Shown here one piece after another: positions 1 to 11,408 of a DNA stretch of 64,000 nt. The stretch spans positions 1,220,010 to 1,284,009 of the forward strand of contig NW_004797425.1 in assembly GCF_000002075.1 (NCBI RefSeq), in the 5' to 3' direction. The position numbers and the translations under genes were made by a program. Source of the DNA: Aplysia californica. Taxonomy: Eukaryota. Positions within the stretch are counted from its first letter, which is position 1; each line of letters opens with the position of its first letter. The notes below the pieces were generated by a model. That model ran no database searches, was not told where the DNA came from, and saw nothing but the letters and a program-made list of their open reading frames with translations.

Positions 1-88
1 GTTGTACTGTATTGTAAAGCGCTCGGGGCCTGTGTATTTTATTCGGGGTTGAGTGCTATATATAAATGTCATTTATTATTATTATTAA
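1..88 (+). mobile_element. 3' tail of an L2/CR1-type retroelement or SINE
   Basis: TGTAAAGCGCT...GTGCTATATATAAATG followed by a (TTA)n tail. Similar tails occur at about 27283-27345 and 43320-43400. Confidence 0.5.
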
Positions 89-204
89 AACATGTCGTGA
101 ATGGTGTTACTGTTACGGTAACTTGCATAATTTTTGCATAATTTTGCATTTGTCTTGCATAATTTGGCCATCTAAATTTGCTTATAATTTTGCGAGGACA
201 GATA

Positions 205-2072
205 GGGGAAGGTTGGGACGTGGGACATGGGACAACTGCAGTAATTAACTCATAAATGTCATAAACAGTGCAATTCCGGTGTTCCTATGAACATAGCCTG
301 CGTGACCGAACAGCCCTCAAATTTGTTCCCGCCAACGGCTTTCGTTTTCCTTTCGATGTCGAACTTTGGATCTGGATCTCCAAACTTTTGATGCTGATTT
401 TATTGGATTTGGTGGGGGACAATCTCTTCGTCTTGTTACATGTAGAAACAGAGAACAATCAAAAGACATTATTATTTTCTTTTGCTGTCATTATTTCGAC
501 ATTCGCGTACTGCTGTGTTTTCGTTTTTATTTTTTGCAAATCGTAGAACTTGCACTCACATGTTGAATTTCATCAGGTTGGGGTTGGGATGGATGGGACA
601 AAAAAACACAAAAAGCCCCGGTGTTGTTGGGATGCTTGGGACACATAGTGACGTTATTTTCCTTGTTCTTACTCAGATTTAGGGGGCTCTCGTATCGTTG
701 CCCAGAGGTTAAGGTGCTGGTTTCTCATTCAAAGGTCCCGGGTTCGAATCCGAGTAGCGACCGAAAGATTTTTTTCTCTAAAATTGTCTCCTTTCACCTC
801 CTTTCCTGCTCTCTAGCAATGTTCTGTCGTCTGCTTTCGTCTCCTCTTTCTGCCCCTCTTCTGGGCTCCTGGCTATTTCTGCAGCCTTTCTACTGACTGC
901 TACTCCTTGGCTCCTCTGTCTTTCAGCCACACCCCTGATCTTCTGGTTGGAAAGATCTAGAATCTACACCTAGCATTCTCGGACAAGGGCGAAAAATCTC
1001 GGAGGGCCCGTGTGCAAGTGGTGCACGTTAAAGATGCATTGGTGGTCTAAAATCGATAAGCATAGTAGGCTTTGGCCGCCACTCGGGCAAAATTCAAAAT
1101 TTCCTACAAACTGAAAAAGTTTAATGTTTTCCGTGCGCTCATATGACCTCATGTAGAGTTGCGAGTGCCGTAAAACATTTACAACCAACCCCCTAAGAAA
1201 CCCCTCAGATTTAAGACCGGTAATACTTTAGTCACTCATGATAGGCTATTGACTATTTGTTTCTTAAGATTATGCCTCAAAACCACCATCGGAAGACAAT
1301 GCTTGGTGGAGAATNNNNNNNNNNNNNNNNNNNNNNNNNNNNNNNNNNNNNNNNNNNNNNNNNNNNNNNNNNNNNNNNNNNNNNNNNNNNNNNNNNNNNN
1401 NNNNNNNNNNNNNNNNNNNNNNNNNNNNNNNNNNNNNNNNNNNNNNNNNNNNNNNNNNNNNNNNNNNNNNNNNNNNNNNNNNNNNNNNNNNNNNNNNNNN
1501 NNNNNNNNNNNNNNNNNNNNNNNNNNNNNNNNNNNNNNNNNNNNNNNNNNNNNNNNNNTATAACTTACCCCCAGAACAAAATGGATGATGTCATTTTCTG
1601 TCAAGTTTACAGTTCAATTGATATAAATTACTTATCAATACAAATTCCGGTAAATGATTATAACGCTTGTCAGATTAAATTCAGAATTTGTCGTTCATTG
1701 TTGGTTTTCCCCACTTTTAAAGTGTTTCACCCCATTTGTGGATTCTATTATGGTTCTAATTGAAGACCACGTGCATAATATACATGTCTTGTCCGTTTAT
1801 TGATAGTCATAGACAACCTTATAATTTACTTGTCCCATTTTATGTAGCCTATCCTTTTGTTTTGTCCCATTCATACAAACTTCTGATGATGTTAATTAAA
1901 CCGTCGCGAAGTAGGAAAATCAATGGGCTTTAGCTGACGCCAATCTGTCAGTAAACAATCCACTTTTAGCACAATTTAAGTCAGATGTTTATTTACAACT
2001 TCAATGGTTTCTTAGATATTGCTTTGAGTAAAAAAAATCCTAAATATTGTCCCATGTATCCCAACCTTTCCC
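205..2072. mobile_element. Non-autonomous TIR DNA element (Tc1/mariner-pogo-like, TA flanks) containing a nested SINE and an N gap
   Basis: TA|GGGGAAGGTTGGGA...ATGGGACAA at 203-235 and the inverted TTGTCCCAT...TCCCAACCTTTCCC|TA at 2047-2074, with internal GGGACA/TGTCCC sub-repeats. Confidence 0.65.
682..1203 (+). mobile_element. tRNA-derived SINE (family A, Nin/Deu-like central domain)
   Basis: tRNA-like head with B box GGTTCGAATCC, pyrimidine-rich body, GTGCACGTTAAAGAT...GGTGGTC core, tail GCTCATATGACC...GCCGTAAAAC. 10-bp TSD CTCAGATTTA at 672-681 and 1204-1213. Homologous copies at 14360 and 53775. Confidence 0.88.
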
Positions 2073-3559
2073 TAACTTAATAATAATAGAATCTATGCAT
2101 CAATTTGACGGCCCATCAAGTAATCTGCAAATATTAGTCAATTACTTGGCAGATCTGTAAGGACATACATATAGTAATAATTTACGAAGAAGAATACACG
2201 GAGACTACTGTAATTACTAATATTCTGTAATTTTACGTGTTTAAAATTATTTTTATAGTTGAAGTGGTCAAATAATATTAAACTGAAGCCAAGACTTAAC
2301 TTTTTTCAACCATTTAACTAATAAATAAAACAACAACTGATACTGATAAACAGCTCAAGGAATAGTTCTAGAAGAGCTATACACCAGTGCTCTGATAAAA
2401 CACATTTTTCTTCCCGAGATCGACCCCCCCAAAAAGTGTTTCACCAGATCACAGTTGTATAGGCCTAGCTAATGCCATACATCTTGATTGTTTCATTTTT
2501 ATTTGGAAGCGGATGTATCAACTAAATTAGTTCTATAATTGAGAAAGGTGTATATTGTTCTTTATCAAATATTAGAAAGGTGTCAGGACCAAAACATAAT
2601 GTTATGATTATATAGAGTATATATAATAATGTGATATTTGAAATAATTATTAAAATGTATCAATTTTTTTTTTTGTATCTCTTTCTAAGTAAAAAAGCGA
2701 AAATCCCAGATACGTACCCCAAGAAAAACATCAACAACAATCAACAATAAGGAGTGTCTATCGTAGAAGTCAAATTTTGCTATTATATTTATAGATCTAC
2801 GCACGTTACCTCTAAATCTAGATTTCTAGGGTTTCTAGATCTACAAATCTAGATCTAGCAATTGTAGGCCTATAGGCTAGCCTAGCACTTGAGAGGTGAA
2901 GGCAGTAAACCGTGACTGTGACCCGTAAAGCGGATACGTCGACAGCTTGCGGTAGCCTAGCCTAGCCCAGCTTGCTTCTTTTCTTTCAATTTCAATTTTA
3001 ACGTGCTGTAGGGAGTCCTCCTGCTGTAGGGTAGGGCACTCCTGTACTTATTACCAATTGGCACTTGATGGTTTGCAACGTTTTAGACACTGGTTGAATG
3101 TGTGAACAGGGACAGGAGCTCTGTGTTGATTTAATCCTCGTGGCTACATGGTAGATTCTATGCCCTGCCCTTGTGTGCTGTTGTCAGTTGTGTGGTTTCC
3201 AACAGTGTAGTGTAGTAGAATCTAGATCTATTAGATGATAAGAATCTAGATTAGAAGTACACACAAGACCAACACTGGGATTTGATGGCCTTATATTGCC
3301 TTTGAATTTCAAGTTTATTGACATTATATAAAATAATATAATTTACTCTGGGCATAACAAAAGGTGCTGTGTCTACAGAGCTGTTTTCCCTCATGCGTCA
3401 TGCCTAGGCCATAGAGTCATTTGTATTAGGATCTTTATTGTTCATGATTGGTCATAGCATGTTTGAAAGTAGAGGTTAAAAAATAAATATTCTACTTTTA
3501 ATGATGTGATATTGTCGTGCTTATTTTAGAAAGCATAATCATCAGTGAGTGACTGTACG

Positions 3560-6500
3560 ATGGCAAGCCTTGTAATAACGTACATCTTGTGGTTATTTTT
3601 TGGCTGGTTTGGGTGGCATCATGTATACCTGGACCGTTGGAATCAAGCAATAGCATGGTTCATTACCTGTGGCGGAGGATTTGGCTTGGGATGGTTGCGA
3701 GACCTCTGGAGAATCCCTGATTATGTGGCTTGGATTAACAGAGACAAAGATTTTGAAATGCGACACTTGTCATCAATAGCTGAAGGGAAGCCATCTTGCA
3801 GCAGTTTTCGTTTGTGTGGAATGCTTGGGCTTGGATTTGTTCTGAGCCTGGCTTTGTGTTGCCTTACCCCAGAGTATGCTGCCAAGGAAATTGATGGAAG
3901 TCCTGCATGGTACTGGTACCTGTTTTGCAGAACTTTGTTTGTAGCCTTGGTCCTTTCGGGCAGCTCCTTGGGTGAGTGAATTGTGTTGTCTTGTGTCACT
4001 AGTGTTGGTGTATTGTAAAATACCCTCAAGTGGGGAGGAATTCCGTAACGAATGACCACGATGAAACAAAGTAAGTGTAGAATAGAGGGTTAGGGTTTGG
4101 GGTAGTGTTTGGGGTAGGGTTAGGGTAGGGTTAGGGTTCCAAGGTCTCTTCTATTGTCTTTGTTGGGGTGGTATCGATATATATGGAAGTCCTTCCCTGT
4201 GGTGTATGTTGTGGCTTATATGGCCAAGTTACTGTGACTGTGATGTTATGGGCACTCTGAATCATGTAGACTATCAGATAATACATGTTGAGAAATACAA
4301 GGTGTCACGACTTGGCAGAATCAGGCACTTTTGTCAATTTTTAGAATGTGGAGTTAATTGATATCATCTTAGCTGGTTCATTTGTCTTGCTACCGGTGAA
4401 AAAAATACATCTCTTCTATCCTGAATAGAAGTCTTGCAATGGAAGGAGGTAAGGGTGGCCTAATTTTAGAAAAATTGTGAAAATGGTCGCTTTTATTAAT
4501 TGTCTTCAATTTTTATTTATCAATTAACCTGAATTATGGATGTTATTGAGTTATCCATTCCTGACTGTTTGTTGAGTCGCCTGCTACCAGTAACGTCCAT
4601 TCCATGTAAGGACATTTTTCAGGTGCGAAAATCTGTGTAAATGAAGCAAAAATGAATTGAGGTAATTTCAGCAAGTTATTTGAGGGAAAGAAATATTAAC
4701 TTCTTGTGCCAGATATTAGGATGGTCCATAGAGGTACCAGTAATAAAAAAAAAAGAAATGGAAGTGTTGGGCTTGGCCTATTTGCACCTGACACCATCAA
4801 CTTTAGTAAAGTGTTTTACATCACTTGCATCACAATAAAATCATAAGTGCCAAAGATTAGAGATGCTATGACATGAAAGAGTTACAACAAAAACAAAAAA
4901 GGAGGAGAGATAGGGCGATACATGATGATGTTTCATATATTACACCTGAAAGAAGCAGCAAGCCACACCAGAGCACCTGCCAACCACCCACTGCCATCAA
5001 AATATGACGCGGCTGCAACCACAAAGTGTGAGATGTGTGTATAAATGTAAATGAAAAAATTGTAAAAGCCTTTTTTTCCTGATACTCATAATGGGGCTTC
5101 TCACCAGATTCTGTGCCTTGTAGCAGGCGTGACTCAGCAGCCCACTGGAACTCTCTGCTCTGAATCAGCAGGATGAATAATTGGTGTGGCGGCAACTTTG
5201 CTGCCAGCATCAGTTAAGTTTAATAAGTTTGCATCAAAATTGTTATCAATCATAAGAGCTTCTTTGCATTGATTGAATGTTCATACTCCGTGTGAAGATG
5301 GGTTGCGGAAAACAAGTGACCACTGTAATATGAGCTAGTCGACTTGTGAAAATGACTGACCATTGCTTTGTTGGACAGGGGCTGCTATAGACAGGAGGCT
5401 AAAATAGGAAAAAGTAAGAGTTTCACTGAACAGAGTGGTTATTAGTACAGGTGACAGCTATCGAGATGTGACCGCTATGGCAGGTTCGACTTTTGGTATT
5501 GAGTTAAATTATAAAAGCAGAAAGGTAACATCCTACTCATTTTATCAAGACAAGCTCAGTGTTGGTACCTACTTAACCATGGAACACTAAAGAGAAAGAC
5601 ACATTGCATTTGTTTGTGAATTATGCCATCTGAGGGAGCTTGCATACAACTTTACTACTACTACGAAAGATATAATTATAAATTATAAGCTATCAAATAA
5701 AAACCCAAATCTGCGTGTGAAGACAGGAAAGATGTATGAAAAAGACATTAAAATAACTGCCTGGATATTCATTGTAAGTCGAACAAATTAAATATATGTG
5801 TGTGGTGTGTGTGTGTGTGTGTTGGGGGAGGGGGGGGGGTATGCATATTTCTTTAATTTTGTAATAATTTTCTATTTTAGATTTTTCTTTTTATCCTTAC
5901 AAAACATGAGGGACGTCCAGAAAGTAAGTACCATTTAAAAATAATTATAAAAGAAATAATTTTCTCAATCAAAACTATTTATTTTTGAATACCTCATATG
6001 ACTACTTCTCCCCGTAGTCACCAGAACTGTTGAGGCATTTGTCGTAGCATGGGACACGCTTCTGAATGCCCTTATCGTAGGAAGCTGCCTGCTATGTCAG
6101 CCAATGTCCAGTCTCTCCTGTGAGATCAGCGTCTGAGTCGAAGTCCTGCCCGGCGGAATGCTTAGTGATGGCGTTGTTCTTCTTCACGACAATGCAACTC
6201 CTCACAAGTCTGCACAGACCCAAAACCTGATCGCCTCCTTCGAGTGGGAACAGTTGAAGCACTCATCGTACAGACCTGGCTTCGAGTGACTTTCATCTGT
6301 TCCTGCATTTGAAAAAGTTTTGGTCGGGCAGGACTTCGACTCAGATGCTGATCTCACAGGAGAGACAAGACTTTGGCTGACATCGCAGGTGGCAGCTTTC
6401 CACGATGAGGGCATTCAGAAGCGCGTCCCATGCTACGACAAATGCTTCAACAGTTCTGGTGACTACGTGGAGAAGTAGTCATATATATGAGGTATTCAAA

Positions 6501-8913
6501 AATAAATCGTTTTGATTGGAAAAATTATTTCTTTTATAATTATTTTAAAACGGTACTTACTTTCTGGACGTCCTTCGTAGATTAAGACCTTTATCTTCAT
6601 GGTGTCTTTTTGTTTGCTTTTTTCAGGAGTGTATCTGGTGAGCAATATTGGAGAGCTGCAGTGTTCTCTCTTGTACCCACTCCTCGGCTCTGTTTTAGCT
6701 GTGCCTTGGCTCATCACTAATGAGTCAAATGTCTTCCTGCCAACTATTTTTGCTGCATTGGTGACATGGTGGAAGGGACTGTGCTGGCGACCACTCAGAG
6801 ACAAGCAGAAATCATCCCTCTCCTCCCTCGTTTTGTACGGCATTGCAGCTTTCTTGTGGCTGGCCCTCCTGTTTTATGGAATTTACTTCACAGCCCACAT
6901 CACACTAAAAGACGGGGAAAAAATTCCTGTCCGGATTGTGATTTCAAACTTCTTCAATTCTCCCGCATGGCAAAGTACTAAGGACACTTTGTATGCACTA
7001 TATGATTCTCTCACTCGGAATGGCTTTTCAAAAACGTACGCTGATGCGTGGGATCTCGTAGACTTCTCGGGAGAAATGAATGCATTGAAGGTAGGCTGGC
7101 CCTTGGTGTGTATCACTAAATCAAGAAAGCGTCAATGCTTGTACCTCCTTGTTGGTGTATTAAAAAATACTTGCTTCTTAAAGTTAAAGGTGCTCTCTAA
7201 CTTTGGATTTGGAGTAAAGGAGTTCTTTTCGTTTTGATTGCTTGAGAAATTATAATTTCAGGTTTGTTTTTTGAATTTGAAAGGAGAGAGTTATCTAAAT
7301 TGGAGCTCAGACTTGTCTGCAGTGCTCTCAATAACTCTCTAATTAATGTGTTTTAATACTTGCTACCACTTATAATTTTAATCACAGACCATTTTTTTAG
7401 TGCTTAGCAAATGTCATCAGGCGGATACATATAATATAATTTGTATTTGTGTGTGTGTGTGTGCGTGTGTGTGTGTGTGTGTGTGTCATGTGTGTGTGTA
7501 TGTGTGTCTGTGTGTGTGTGTGTGTGNNNNNNNNNNNNNNNNNNNNNNNNNNNNNNNNNNNNNNNNNNNNNNNNNNNNNNNNNNNNNNNNNNNNNNNNNN
7601 NNNNNNNNNNNNNNNNNNNNNNNNNNNNNNNNNNNNNNNNNNNNNNNNNNNNNNNNNNNNNNNNNNNNNNNNNNNNNNNNNNNNNNNNNNNNNNNNNNNN
7701 NNNNNNNNNNNNNNNNNNNNNNNNNNNNNNNNNNNNNNNNNNNNNNNNNNNNNNNNNNNNNNNNNNNNNNNNNNNNNNNNNNNNNNNNNNNNNNNNNNNN
7801 NNNNNNNNNNNNNNNNNNNNNNNNNNNNNNNNNNNNNNNNNNNNNNNNNNNNNNNNNNNNNNNNNNNNNNNNNNNNNNNNNNNNNNNNNNNNNNNNNNNN
7901 NNNNNNNNNNNNNNNNNNNNNNNNNNNNNNNNNNNNNNNNNNNNNNNNNNNNNNNNNNNNNNNNNNNNNNNNNNNNNNNNNNNNNNNNNNNNNNNNNNNN
8001 NNNNNNNNNNNNNNNNNNNNNNNNNNNNNNNNNNNNNNNNNNNNNNNNNNNNNNNNNNNNNNNNNNNNNNNNNNNNNNNNNNNNNNNNNNNNNNNNNNNN
8101 NNNNNNNNNNNNNNNNNNNNNNNNNNNNNNNNNNNNNNNNNNNNNNNNNNNNNNNNNNNNNNNNNNNNNNNNNNNNNNNNNNNNNNNNNNNNNNNNAGCT
8201 GATTCGATACCTCAGAAAACAATTTGACATGATGCTGTATGTATCTCAGAGCACTGGGGATAGGGATGACATTTGAAGTAGCTCACTATCCTAGATAGTT
8301 AGTGGGAAGTTTTGTGAACTTTCCATCAAAAGGGATACAGAATGATGAAATTGTGACGCTCTTACAGTTGTAAGCTTTTAAAAACATTATGAATTTTGAC
8401 AATTTTTAAAATATTATTTCAGTATGGCTTGTAAGTTATAACTTATGTCGGAAGGAAGGGACACAGTCGAAGGAAAAGTGGAAGTATTATTTGAGAAAAT
8501 GACAAAGAACCTACCATGGACTAGTCCTGAAATCTCATATGAATGTACAAAGAAAGAAAGACTTTTTTGGCTGATAACTGCAGCAACATGTGTTCCTCAC
8601 ATGTAACAATATCTAATAAAGAAAATTGTCTTTTTTTATAACTTTGATTTTTCATGCTTAATCAGGTGAATTTCTTTTAATGTGATCTTCACATACGAAC
8701 GAATGTTCCTTTATCTTTTATTTCTGTCAGATACTTGGCCTTGATCGACATGCCAGTTATGAAGAAATAAAGAAAGCTTGCAGGCAGATGTCTCGGCAGT
8801 ACCACCCTGACCTGCAAAGAACAGAAGAAGCCAAATTGGAAGGAGAGAAAATGTTCATCACTGTACAAGAAGCCTGCAGCATCCTTACAAGATTCCGTTC
8901 AAGAAAGTCCTAA
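3560..8913 (+). CDS. DNAJC22: DnaJ homolog subfamily C member 22 (wurst-like; TM2 domain + transmembrane region + C-terminal J domain), 352 aa; join(3560..3971,6627..7090,8731..8913)
   Basis: Exon 1 encodes TM2-like YILWLFFGWFGWHHVYLDR...GGGFGLGWLRDLWRIP. Donor G|GTGAGT at 3972, acceptor tttcag| at 6626 (phase 1), donor AAG|GTAGGC at 7091, acceptor ctgtcag| at 8730 (phase 0). The last exon encodes ILGLDRHASYEEIKKACRQMSRQYHPD...MFITVQEACSIL with an intact HPD; stop TAA at 8911-8913. A TM2 + TM + C-terminal J architecture is characteristic of DNAJC22/wurst. Confidence 0.93.
4087..4138 (+). repeat. Short degenerate (TTAGGG)-like G-tract
   Basis: GGGTTAGGGTTTGGGGTAGTGTTTGGGGTAGGGTTAGGGTAGGGTTAGGG, about 115 nt into DNAJC22 intron 1. 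Confidence 0.7.
4855..4991 (-). mobile_element. Short headless retroposon (family B), degenerate
   Basis: GCAAGCCACACCAGAGCACCTGCCAACCACCCA matches the family B 5' end. Confidence 0.55.
5907..6577. mobile_element. Foldback mariner derivative with two 3' ends, containing a C-terminal transposase remnant
   Basis: About 250-bp inverted arms (5907-6152 and 6325-6577), TA at 6578. The + strand carries frameshifted GVVLLHDNATPH...DFHLFLHLKK...CYDKCFNSSGDYVEK*, a mariner transposase C terminus. Confidence 0.9.
7449..7526. repeat. (TG)n microsatellite at gap edge
   Basis: Read directly. Other dinucleotide tracts at 46631-46772 (TA), 51170-51242 (TG), 51721-51752 (AG) and 53101-53150 (TC). Confidence 0.95.
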
Positions 8914-10787
8914 GCAAACGTTCATAGCTCTCACTCTGGAAATCTTTCAAGTGTTGTCTGAAATAATTTGCATAATCTTATTCATTATGATAAGCAGGCC
9001 ATATGAATTCAAAGGCCTTTTCCTAGAGTTCTCTGAAAAGTAAGGTGAATATGATCATAACTAAAAGTAATTGCTCTCTTTACAATTTATTGAATTGTAA
9101 ATAGCAATGCATGCTGCTTGTTGTTACCAATGGAAAAAGTGCTTCGATCCATGTGGGACCAGTGTTGAGGAGTAGCTGACTGGTGATATTTCATAAACAT
9201 GTACATTTTGTTCAGATTGTGTATTCAATGGTTTTATCACTTTACTTTTCAGACAGCCATTGTATTTGTGTTAATACGAGAATCACTAGATTTTCTATTA
9301 GCTCTATCCAGAATTTTCTTGTTTTGATTTTTAAATGGGTTGTTTTATGGTTTTATGGAAGAGATGCGAAAAGAAGACTTCTTGTTTGAGTCTGGAGTGG
9401 CTATTGCCCTGTAGTTTTAGATTTGTCAAAGCAAAAAGTGGAAAAAAGTTGAGTTACTTTTCTAGATTTGTTGTCAATGTTTTACATGTATAAATACCAT
9501 GTGGAACTCTGATTCATCAAACTCAGATTCCATGAAAACGTTACTTCAACAAATGGAGATGGATTCCCTGTTTTAAAAAAAAAAAATTCTTTAAAATCAA
9601 TAAAAATAACTCTGATTCAACGAACACATATCAACAACCTTGGATTCAACAAAGTTGCTTACAGGGTGAACAGTCCCCTCTGATGTGGCTTCGCTCATTT
9701 TACTCCAGCAACGAATCTTATCTATCCCTGGAAACCATCCATGGCACCTCTGCATTGTGAACGCTTTGCCTATTGTTTATAGCTTGTGTGACCAATCAGC
9801 AGCCTTCTTTCATACCAAGACATGCATTGTTGGCATGCACACATGTCTTAGCATGTGTCGAGGTCGGATGGGCGGCTAGTACACGTGTGACTGTGAGGGT
9901 GTGTCGAGCGTGTATCTTGGGGTAGGGGGCACAAACAGTCCGGGCGTGGAACGTGAGTAAATACAAACAAGTCAGTCATATTTTTTCCCCACTGACTGAT
10001 GACCTATAATACAATAAGCTAGTTTTGACATAGATCTGCGTAATAAATTGTACGCTGCTCTGTGGAATCAAAACGTTGCTGTATGCTAGGCTCGACACTA
10101 AAGCAACACAACTTTTTTGGCTAACTATATGTCATAGGTGACATTTGAATGAATTGACCCTTTTGCACAGTGTGTGCTTGGTAGAGTTCAGTGTATTGTC
10201 CTGGAATTTTCCAGCATTTCTTCGTTTTTTCGGTATGGCATCAAAGAAACGAAAATGCCTCTCATTTGAAACCAAACTGCTTTTGATGGATGACATTGAA
10301 AAGGGGTAAAGTAAAAAAAAAAAGCAAGCATTTCAAGGTGGCTACCATTATTGTTACTTCCCTTTTTATAAATACATTACCTGCTCGGTGCCTGTAATTA
10401 TCTCCACAAAAACCTCATGTTTAATCGAGCACTGAGATTCAACTAAATTGAGGGATAGGCCCTATGACTTCGTAGAATCCGAGTTTCACTGTAAATATTA
10501 TTATTATGAGCTTTTGCCCATAGGTGGGTACCGAAAATGTAGCACTGACAGAGAGTTGATGATACAGTTTTTAAAATTTGGTTTTACTTGAATTTTTCTA
10601 TTCATGTATATCTCCTCCAACAAAAACATGTATTTACAGACCTACAGATGGCATGCTAAGCTGTGTTACTGGCGTTACATAACATCAAGGCAAATTCTTT
10701 CAGACATAATTGTGATGACATATTTTTTAGAATTTGAACATACAAAATTATTGAAACAGTTTTTTTTAATTGCTTTAATTTTCAAAC

Positions 10788-11408
10788 ATAAGCATGAAGA
10801 GCCTATAAAATGGTGAGGATCACAGAAAAAAGAAATTCTGAATGCTATTGTGTTTGCATTTTTATCATCATAGTTATGTCCGAAAGAAAGGGAAAAATTT
10901 CCCGTTTACATATCTTAATTTCTTTTATGAAAATTTGAGCAAACAAAAATTCATAAGATTCAATTTGACTCAAAGTGTATGTTGTTTGATATGAAAAACT
11001 GCCATTTTATTCACATTGTACTATGAATCTCTTCAAAATATCAAATATCTTTCAAACATAACCATGATAACACAAAATGAAAAATACCCTGAACAGTAAT
11101 TTATGGAATGTAAAATTATTTTATATAAGCATGAAGAGCATATAAAATCACAGAATAAAGAAATACTGAATGTCCTTGTGTTCGCATTTGTGTCATCATA
11201 GTTATGTCCGAAAGAACATTCATGAAAAACTTTCCATTTTCATATTTTAATTCATTTTTGGAAAATGTTGGCCGACAAAGATTCAGGAGAGTCAGTTTGA
11301 CTCATAAGGCATGCTAATGGTGAAAAAATGCCAGTTAATTCACATTTTACTATGACTCTATGCAAAATACCAAATATCTTTCGAACATAACCACGATGAC
11401 ACATAATG
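10788..11408. repeat. Diverged tandem duplication, period about 337 bp
   Basis: ATAAGCATGAAGAGC...TCATCATAGTTATGTCCGAAAGAA...AAATATCT...AACATAACCA at 10788 and 11125. Confidence 0.85.

Noticed and set aside
4087-4138. Interstitial telomere / chromosome fusion scar
   Set aside because: Only a few degenerate units on one strand; more likely an internal tract of a small repeat.
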